From positions 152,423 to 216,422 of the IMG/VR virus record IMGVR_UViG_3300009104_001210: 64,000 nt of DNA. One strand, 5' to 3'. Positions 56,766 to 64,000 of the stretch are shown here, piece by piece (positions within the stretch are counted from its first letter, which is position 1; each line of letters begins with the position of its first letter). Position numbers and translations under genes: made by a program. The notes beneath the pieces are model-generated. The model was given only the letters and a program-made list of their open reading frames with translations. It was not told the origin of the DNA and did no database searches.

Positions 56766-59700
56766 ATGGCTAGACGACGTTTACCTGGAATCTTTGGAAG
56801 AAGAATAACAAAAAGAAAAAAGAAGTCTTCTGATGTAGCAGCGCAACAAGCAGCTCAAGCTGCTAGTACGTCTACACAAGGAACTAGACCAGAACCACGT
56901 CGTTTTAGAACAATAGGAGATGAATCAAGAACTATAGTAGATGTTGTTGAACAAGTAACAGAACAAAAACAAGTTACAGTTGATTCTGAAGGATCAGCGG
57001 TAACTGAATTACCTGATAGTCTTGAATCAGCAAAAGGGAAACCAGTACCTAAAGAAATTAAAGTTGCAGATGAAGTTAAAGAAGTAAAATCTAGAAACGA
57101 ACCACCTATTGTAGAAAATCCGCCGGCGCCTGAACCAGAATTTATTACTGAAGAAATTAAAATCGTTACACCTATATATGCAGATTTTCACGCAGATATA
57201 GTAGAAGTTGTAAATAAAAATACAGTAAAAGTAAATCAAGATTGGAATAGTTTAGCACAATCGCTTGGAAGTCTTGATGGAGATTATGAGGGTACTAATC
57301 CAAGAAGTAGATTAACTTTTAATGTTACGTATCCACATTTTGATTTAACAGAATTAAAAACTCATTTAATGTTTGATGAAGATAATGAAGCATTAGTAAC
57401 TAATTTACAACTTGATAAAGATACAATTAAAGAATATCCATATTCATATGTTTTAAAATTGATGGATCCTCTTGATGAAGAAGTTCAAAAAACGGATGAA
57501 GTTATATTTGCAGATAAAATGTTGGAAACATATTCTGAAGATGTGGTTTTAGTTCCACCTGCAGAAGATGAAGAATATGTAGTTCTTAGATCGCCTGATG
57601 TAGATTCTTTAGAATCTCCTGTAAGAGATAGACAAACAAGTTATATTACAGAAGATAGTTTAAAAACCACTGATCCAAAAATTAAAAAAGATTTTGAAGA
57701 TACTCTTATATCTGCAAGTTTAGCTAGTACAGATTTAAATGTTGATTTTTCTCAATATTCTAATTTCGTAAATTATAGTTCAGCTGAACAAAGATTAAAG
57801 AATTTTAAATATAAAGTTTCTCAAATAGATTCATATACTGCTGAAAGTTCTTCTATGATAACTACTAGCGGTTCTTCTGCAGATAAAAGAAAATGGGATA
57901 GAAAGATAAGAGAAGTTAAACAAGGATTTACGCTTTATGAAAAATATTTGTGGAATACTTCTACTTCTTTCGTTTCGGGTTCAGTAATACAAGATACAGT
58001 TAGATATAATAGTGCGTGGCCAAAGTCGGGTGGTTCAGGAACTTATTCAAGTCCTTATATAAATTATCCTGTTACTGCTTCGCAAGCAGTTTCTTGGTAT
58101 GATGGACAAATAGCAAGTGCTAGTGCATTTGATAAAGTTAATTTAAATAGTATAAAAAATCTTTTACCACAATTTGTAAAAGAAGATAGTTCTAATAATG
58201 ACTTTTTTAAATTTGCAGGAATGGTTGGAGAGTTTTATGATAATATATGGTTATACATTACTCATATGACTAAGGTGCATGATAGAAATGAAGGGTTAGA
58301 AGATAGAAATGAAGGTTTTGCTGATGAGTTAGTTTTTGATGTAGCAAAATCTTTAGGATTAAATATAAAATCAAACAAAGATTTGATTTCGTTAGAAAGA
58401 TGGCATTTAGGTCAATATCTATCAGGTTCAACTTATGTTCAGTATTCATCTAAACCAGAAAAAGATATACAAGCAGAAATACAAAAAAGACTTATTAACA
58501 ACTTACCTTTCTTCCTTAAAACGAAAGGTACAATAAGAGCATTAAAAGGTATTATAAATTGTTATGGTATACCATCTACGATATTAAGAGTTAGAGAGTT
58601 TGGAGGTCCTGATGTTAAAGGGAAACCAAATTTTTTAATAACAAAGAAATTTACAAAAGCATTAGATTTTAAAGGTGAACAATATATTATAACACCATGG
58701 CCAAAAGATACAGTAGATGGTAAAAGACCAGATACAGTAGAGTTTAGGTTTAGAGGTGTTAATAGTGGTAGTGGATTAAATAATAGATATTTAATTGAAG
58801 CACAAGATTCGGGCTCTGATACATTTAAATGGGGTGTTGTATTAAGAGATAATGGTTCTACAGATTCAAGAGGACACATAGATTTTGTATTATCAGGCTC
58901 TAATGGATTCCTATCAGCATCAGTTCAAAACTTTCCTGTATATGACGGTGATTACATTTCAGTAATGTTATCAAGAGTATCACAAAGTGGTGCTGAAATG
59001 ACAGTTGACAATCCTGCTTTAAAAACAAGATATGATTTATATGCAAAACGATATGATGCAGGTAGAAGTAAAATATTTTTAGAACAAACAGCTTCACTTA
59101 ATATAACAGCTTCTTCTTATAATACTTCATTTCAAACTGGTTCAAATATAATGTATATTGGTGGATTAGCAAATGCCTCAGGACTTCAAGGTGGTTATAA
59201 TAAATTTACAGGTTCTATGATGGAGTTTAGATATTGGACTGCACCATTAAGTGAATCAGCATTTGATAATCATGTAGCGGCACCAGGAGCATATAATGGT
59301 AATCATGCATCTGCTTCTTATACTGATTTAATTTTAAGATATTCTTTTAACGATAATCAAAATTTACAAAGTAATACATCAATAGCCGATACTAGTGGTG
59401 ATGTTCACTATGTACAGACAGGTAGTGCAGTAGGATTTACAGGAAACTTTTTTAATAGTGTAGTAGATGAACATAAAATGAAAGTTCCAAATCTTGGACC
59501 AAATAGAATGATGAGTACTAAAATTAGAATAGAAGATTCTAAATTAGTTGGTAATTTAAATCCTAAGAAAAAAATGGAACAATCTACTTTTGATTTAGCA
59601 CCTGTAGACTCACCAAAGGTTGGAATATATTTTGCACCATCCGATGTTATTAATGAGGATATTATTCGTTCTGTAGCAGATTTAGATTTTGATCAATATA

Positions 59701-60506
59701 TTGGTGATCCAAGAGATGAATATAAATACAAATATCGTGGTTTAAAAAAGATAGCAGATTCTTATTGGCAGAAGTATAGTTCACCAAATAGCTTTTGGGA
59801 TTATATGAGATTGATTAAATATTATGATAATTCTATATTTGAATTAGCAAGAAAATTTACACCTTTTAGGTCTAGTAAAACATATGGAATAGTTATAGAA
59901 CCTAATATATTTGAAAGAAGTAAAGAAGTATTAGGAAAAGCACCTAGTTTTGATAATAAATCTTATAGAGGTGAAATAGATTTAACAGAATATGCCGCAG
60001 AAACACTCTTTTCTGCTAGTGCTGAATATTTAACTTATAGAGGAATAATTGGTTATGATGATAATCATTCTGGGTCATTTGAAGCAGATATTTTTAGAAG
60101 ATCATCTTTATATAAATTGGAATCAATAGATAATCTTGGGGGTTATGGTGCAAATTATCATACAGCTTCAGTAACAAGAGGTGGTCCAAATTATATTTTT
60201 TCAGAAGGACTTTCACCGTTTATAAGTGGTTCTAGAATATCTGAACATAATTATGAACATAGATTCTTCTTTAGTAGTTCAATAAGTGAATCTAAAGGAA
60301 ATTCTTATTCTTCTTCGCTTGCAGCGTCAGAATATGATGCTAAGTATAATCATTATTCAAATTTATTTAATTTGTTTTATGATGGGTGTAAACAAACAAT
60401 TGAAACAACTCCTGATGGTTTTTCACCCATAGAAACAACCGATGTAAAACAAACAAGACTTGTGGTTCAGGAGCCTGGCAAGTCAAGATTAAAAACAGAG
60501 AGATAA
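56766..60506 (+). CDS. large baseplate/tail structural protein
   Basis: 1246 aa; NFVNYSSAEQRL; KTKGTIRALK (P2 gpI-like); LamG-like central region. Confidence 0.6.
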   Translation: MARRRLPGIFGRRITKRKKKSSDVAAQQAAQAASTSTQGTRPEPRRFRTIGDESRTIVDVVEQVTEQKQVTVDSEGSAVTELPDSLESAKGKPVPKEIKVADEVKEVKSRNEPPIVENPPAPEPEFITEEIKIVTPIYADFHADIVEVVNKNTVKVNQDWNSLAQSLGSLDGDYEGTNPRSRLTFNVTYPHFDLTELKTHLMFDEDNEALVTNLQLDKDTIKEYPYSYVLKLMDPLDEEVQKTDEVIFADKMLETYSEDVVLVPPAEDEEYVVLRSPDVDSLESPVRDRQTSYITEDSLKTTDPKIKKDFEDTLISASLASTDLNVDFSQYSNFVNYSSAEQRLKNFKYKVSQIDSYTAESSSMITTSGSSADKRKWDRKIREVKQGFTLYEKYLWNTSTSFVSGSVIQDTVRYNSAWPKSGGSGTYSSPYINYPVTASQAVSWYDGQIASASAFDKVNLNSIKNLLPQFVKEDSSNNDFFKFAGMVGEFYDNIWLYITHMTKVHDRNEGLEDRNEGFADELVFDVAKSLGLNIKSNKDLISLERWHLGQYLSGSTYVQYSSKPEKDIQAEIQKRLINNLPFFLKTKGTIRALKGIINCYGIPSTILRVREFGGPDVKGKPNFLITKKFTKALDFKGEQYIITPWPKDTVDGKRPDTVEFRFRGVNSGSGLNNRYLIEAQDSGSDTFKWGVVLRDNGSTDSRGHIDFVLSGSNGFLSASVQNFPVYDGDYISVMLSRVSQSGAEMTVDNPALKTRYDLYAKRYDAGRSKIFLEQTASLNITASSYNTSFQTGSNIMYIGGLANASGLQGGYNKFTGSMMEFRYWTAPLSESAFDNHVAAPGAYNGNHASASYTDLILRYSFNDNQNLQSNTSIADTSGDVHYVQTGSAVGFTGNFFNSVVDEHKMKVPNLGPNRMMSTKIRIEDSKLVGNLNPKKKMEQSTFDLAPVDSPKVGIYFAPSDVINEDIIRSVADLDFDQYIGDPRDEYKYKYRGLKKIADSYWQKYSSPNSFWDYMRLIKYYDNSIFELARKFTPFRSSKTYGIVIEPNIFERSKEVLGKAPSFDNKSYRGEIDLTEYAAETLFSASAEYLTYRGIIGYDDNHSGSFEADIFRRSSLYKLESIDNLGGYGANYHTASVTRGGPNYIFSEGLSPFISGSRISEHNYEHRFFFSSSISESKGNSYSSSLAASEYDAKYNHYSNLFNLFYDGCKQTIETTPDGFSPIETTDVKQTRLVVQEPGKSRLKTER

Positions 60507-60577
60507 ATATGAAAAGTATATATTTATTAGAGAAGTATACTTATCTTATTTTATCCAATCCTATAGGAGATTAAAAA

Positions 60578-61216
60578 ATGGGTTATCTTGATAACACAAC
60601 AACAACCGTAGACGCTATATTAACAAAAAAAGGTCGTGAGTTATTAGCTCGTGGTGGTGATGAATTCAAAATATCCAAATTTGCTTTAGGTGATGATGAA
60701 GTTGACTATTCCCTTTGGGATGTAACTCATCCAAATGGTACTAATTCTTATGGTTCTGCCATAGAAAATTTACCATTATTGGAAGCATTTCCTGATGAAA
60801 ATCAGATTATGAGATACAAATTGGTTAGTTTACCAAAAGGTACAACCAAAATGCCTATTCTTGAATTGGCAATTCCTTCTACAGGATACACCTTTTCAAG
60901 TGCAGGACAAAAAACTTCACTTTCACCTGATACAAAAAATGGATCAGATGGACAATTAGGATATACAGTTATCCTTCACAATTCAGATGCAGCAGATTTA
61001 ACTGTAGCACAGGGTGGTGAAGTAGTAGTTGGTGGTGCAACTACGCCAGTTTTTCTTAGTGATGCTGAAAGAAAGAAAAGTTTATCAGTTATTGGTAAAA
61101 CATTTTCTATCGTAGCAAGAAGCACTACTACTAAGATTGTAACACAAGTTACAATTATTGGAAATGAAACTGGTGCAGTAGTTACCGTTCCTATAACAGT
61201 TAAGGCTAACGCTTAG
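60578..61216 (+). CDS. conserved jumbo-phage virion structural protein
   Basis: VDAILTKKGRELLA, FALGDDEVDY, IENLPLLEA. Confidence 0.65.
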   Translation: MGYLDNTTTTVDAILTKKGRELLARGGDEFKISKFALGDDEVDYSLWDVTHPNGTNSYGSAIENLPLLEAFPDENQIMRYKLVSLPKGTTKMPILELAIPSTGYTFSSAGQKTSLSPDTKNGSDGQLGYTVILHNSDAADLTVAQGGEVVVGGATTPVFLSDAERKKSLSVIGKTFSIVARSTTTKIVTQVTIIGNETGAVVTVPITVKANA

Positions 61217-61226
61217 GAGATAAATC

Positions 61227-62240
61227 ATGGCTGAAATTTTTACAAGATTTAATCCCGCTGATGATATGGTGTCTAATTTAAGACAAACAGTTTCTTCAGG
61301 TATGTGGAGTGGTGGTGTTGGCACATTAACTACAATGTATACTTCTTCAATTCAAAGTTCAAGTAATGGACAATATTACTATGACGTGTATAAAACAAAT
61401 CCAGCTTCAGACTCAGAAGCAGAAATTCAACTTTCTGTTGCATATGGGCATGTAAATGGTAGTGGTTCATTAGGTCAGACAGGAAACTATCCAAGTAAAG
61501 CAATTTACAGGCAATATAGAAATTTACTATTAACGCCTGGAGATTCTAAATTTACATTTGGTGGTTCTGTAGATGCTGATGATGTATACGTTATTAGTGT
61601 TGCTAGAGCAAGACTTCGTGAAAAAATGGATCCAGGTAATTGGGAATTACATTTAACAGGAAGCAGCAACAAAAAAGTTAAACTAATTGATGATAGTGGT
61701 GCTACTACAAATCCTTCTGTTAATGCAGGTGGAAGAGTATTTAATGTAGTTAGTGGTTCTATAGCAACGGGAACAGCAGTAACTAAAACTGCGGCATCAG
61801 CTCAACCAGGTGGTGGATATGGATTATTTTATCCTGATTTAGGAATTATCGTATTAAATGCTCCTGTAACTGCAACATCAGCTTCTTTTTCAAGAACAGT
61901 AGGTGCGGCAGGAACAGATTCAAATAATGCAGGTGCTTTCTTTAATTCAGTATCTAATGGTGTGTATTTTGTTTCTCGACGTGAGGAACAATTGAATACA
62001 ACTCACTATTTTGCAAGAGTAACAAATAAGAAATTTAACTTTAGTAATAATCCAACGTTCTTTACTGCTTCTGATGGTGCATTAGTGCAACCTTCATTTA
62101 AGTCAGACCCTAAAACATATATTACTACAGTTGGTTTGTATAACGATTCTAATGAACTTTTAGCAGTTGCTAAACTTAGTAAACCAATATTGAAAAGTTT
62201 TAGTAGAGAAGCTATAATTAAAGTTAAATTAGATTACTAA
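61227..62240 (+). CDS. tail/baseplate structural protein (paralog 1)
   Basis: C-terminal YITTVGLYNDSNELLAVAKL. Confidence 0.6.
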   Translation: MAEIFTRFNPADDMVSNLRQTVSSGMWSGGVGTLTTMYTSSIQSSSNGQYYYDVYKTNPASDSEAEIQLSVAYGHVNGSGSLGQTGNYPSKAIYRQYRNLLLTPGDSKFTFGGSVDADDVYVISVARARLREKMDPGNWELHLTGSSNKKVKLIDDSGATTNPSVNAGGRVFNVVSGSIATGTAVTKTAASAQPGGGYGLFYPDLGIIVLNAPVTATSASFSRTVGAAGTDSNNAGAFFNSVSNGVYFVSRREEQLNTTHYFARVTNKKFNFSNNPTFFTASDGALVQPSFKSDPKTYITTVGLYNDSNELLAVAKLSKPILKSFSREAIIKVKLDY

Positions 62241-62258
62241 TACAGGAAGGAGACTAGG

Positions 62259-63233
62259 GTGTTTAAAAACATAGACCCTTCCGACGTATCTATAAAACCA
62301 TATAAATCCCATAAATCGTATACGATTTCTGATGCGGATAGTGGTAGTGGTGCTTTTGGTATTGCAGGTATATCATCAAGTGGATATGCTTTTGCAGTAG
62401 ATACTGCGGCTAAAACAGACTTTACAAATTCTGTCTATCCTTATAGTCAGTCGTTTTTTCATATGCCAATTTTTAGGCAGGTGAAACATATGTACTATAG
62501 AGATTGGCCTGCACCATACAATTCTTATTGTTTTGATTCATCTTCTATTAGAGAACTTCATGGATCTTGTACTGTACTTACAATTCCTCGTCAATTTTTT
62601 GGAGAAAGGGTAAATCCATATTCTATTAAATTAGTAGACGATTCAGCTAATTCAACTTTTACAATTAAAGATGATGGTAAGGGTAATTTATATGACCAAG
62701 CTTTTTCATCAAGTTTTGCAGCAAGAACACCAAATGCAAATAATTCAGGATCACAAGTTGGAAATATTTTTTATGAACATGGCGTAATGGTTATTACAGA
62801 TACGGGTAGTTATTCTAATGTTGGAACAGGAAATGGTGGTGATGGATTTCAATTAACTTTTGAAGGTACACATACTCATTATGAATATGAAATTGGCGTA
62901 ACTGCAAATGAAGGTGAATTTAATTCCACAACAAACATTTCTATAACTCAAGATAGAAGTGGTTCTATGCAAGTTGTTCAGGGAGTTGGTAATATACATT
63001 CTATATTTGCGCCAGGTGATAACCCAACAAATGGAACAGGTAGTTTAAAATTATTTTATAATCCTACTGAAAATGTAATAGGGCCAGCAACACATTCTGA
63101 GTTTCGACCATATATAACTACTATAGGACTTTATAGTGATAATAATGAACTCTTAGCTGCAGGTAAATTAGCCCAACCTATAAAGAATGATGATGAATTA
63201 TCTTTGAAGTTTATAGTCAGATTTGATGTGTAA
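62259..63233 (+). CDS. tail/baseplate structural protein (paralog 2)
   Basis: C-terminal YITTIGLYSDNNELLAAGKL; shares GNIFY/GLFY and L.DD motifs with paralog 1. Confidence 0.6.
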   Translation: MFKNIDPSDVSIKPYKSHKSYTISDADSGSGAFGIAGISSSGYAFAVDTAAKTDFTNSVYPYSQSFFHMPIFRQVKHMYYRDWPAPYNSYCFDSSSIRELHGSCTVLTIPRQFFGERVNPYSIKLVDDSANSTFTIKDDGKGNLYDQAFSSSFAARTPNANNSGSQVGNIFYEHGVMVITDTGSYSNVGTGNGGDGFQLTFEGTHTHYEYEIGVTANEGEFNSTTNISITQDRSGSMQVVQGVGNIHSIFAPGDNPTNGTGSLKLFYNPTENVIGPATHSEFRPYITTIGLYSDNNELLAAGKLAQPIKNDDELSLKFIVRFDV

Positions 63234-63278
63234 CGATATTTATAATTGTATAAAACTATATTATTTTGGAGAATAAAA

Positions 63279-64000
63279 ATGCGAAACCTTTTGATTACGA
63301 TGTTATTATTAATGTCTACTCTATTTGGTCAAATAGAAGGGGCGTTTTCCAACTTTTTTAAATACTCAACTGTTTATGCAGGATTTAATATGCATTCGCC
63401 AATGCACCAGGATGATAGATATAAACTGTCAATGATTGACCCTGAAACAGGATTAGAAAATTGGTTAAATGGTGAATTAACTGTACATAAAGAAAAAAGA
63501 GAATTAAAACCTGATTATGATATAGCATTTGGTATAAGAAAAATTGCACGATTTCATTATGAAGGAAAACGTGGTGTAAAAAATGCTGGTGTGGGTGGAG
63601 ATTGGTATAAAGGTATGCAAGACGCAAGTCCAAATGAAGCCGCAACAGTTGGTAGAGTAAAAGGATTTGAATACTTAGTAAAGTATATGGAACACCGTCG
63701 TTGGGATATGAAACACGCAAGTAAAGAATATCAATTGAGATATCTTGGTGATTGGTTTATTTTTAAATTAAGATATGCTGATTTGGGTTTAGAAGAAATA
63801 AAATATGGTCAAAGTGATTTAAGATTACGAAAAGAATTTGTAACTGATAATGGTAGTTTTAATATTTCAGTTGGCGTTGGAGCAAGAACACATCCAGCAT
63901 ACGGATTCGCACCAACTGTTATTGATAGTTCATGGTATACTTCTGCATGGTGGGATTTTGCAGAAGATGAATTTGGTGTAGATGATAAAAGATACTCAGG
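63279..64000 (+). CDS. secreted, putative outer-membrane beta-barrel protein (partial)
   Basis: GGAG RBS; signal peptide MRNLLITMLLLMSTLFG; frame open to the window end. Confidence 0.55.
   Translation, partial: MRNLLITMLLLMSTLFGQIEGAFSNFFKYSTVYAGFNMHSPMHQDDRYKLSMIDPETGLENWLNGELTVHKEKRELKPDYDIAFGIRKIARFHYEGKRGVKNAGVGGDWYKGMQDASPNEAATVGRVKGFEYLVKYMEHRRWDMKHASKEYQLRYLGDWFIFKLRYADLGLEEIKYGQSDLRLRKEFVTDNGSFNISVGVGARTHPAYGFAPTVIDSSWYTSAWWDFAEDEFGVDDKRYS

Noticed and set aside
1114-63720. Most minus-strand and nested alternative-frame ORFs in the track (e.g. 1114, 10110, 17623, 33385, 36632, 58562, 63385)
   Set aside because: Shadows of strong + strand genes, with biased compositions and no motifs.
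1-64000. Genome-wide stop-codon reassignment (code 4 or 15)
   Set aside because: TGA and TAG terminate conserved genes at the expected ends; only the CxxU site needs readthrough.
1-64000. CRISPR array, rRNA, IS element or group I/II intron
   Set aside because: No regularly spaced repeats, rRNA signatures, transposase, reverse transcriptase or interrupted conserved genes were seen.

Overview
A 64-kb segment of a large, AT-rich, T4-like/jumbo myovirus genome. Nearly all genes are on the + strand and are often coupled by ATGA overlaps. A marine FCB-group-type host is inferred from the TonB-dependent receptor and lipoproteins, but this is not proven. From left to right: (1) an auxiliary-metabolism region with Fe-S assembly genes, an unannotated SelW/Rdx selenoprotein read through an in-frame UGA, two glutamine synthetase II homologs, nagB, purF, a PIG-L deacetylase and a GMP reductase/IMPDH; (2) a tmRNA with an unusually long predicted tag, sulfotransferases and five tRNAs; (3) early-promoter-driven genes including a MoxR AAA+ ATPase; (4) a cluster of modification enzymes (GT32, tubulin-tyrosine-ligase family, SET domain, tandem-Hint protein, GT11-like, 2OG-Fe(II) oxygenase, RimK-like ATP-grasp, flavin halogenase-like); (5) secreted and lipoprotein genes, a ~425-nt ROOL-like ncRNA, Hsp20, and a TonB-dependent receptor preceded by an H-type pseudoknot; (6) a VWA/metallopeptidase, peptide deformylase, CysC, a 3D-domain protein, DruA-like and HD proteins, and a gp55-like sigma factor; (7) a baseplate/structural module (gp5-, gp25- and split gp6-like). 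No CRISPR array, rRNA or transposase was seen. All family calls come from visual motif recognition, not database searches.
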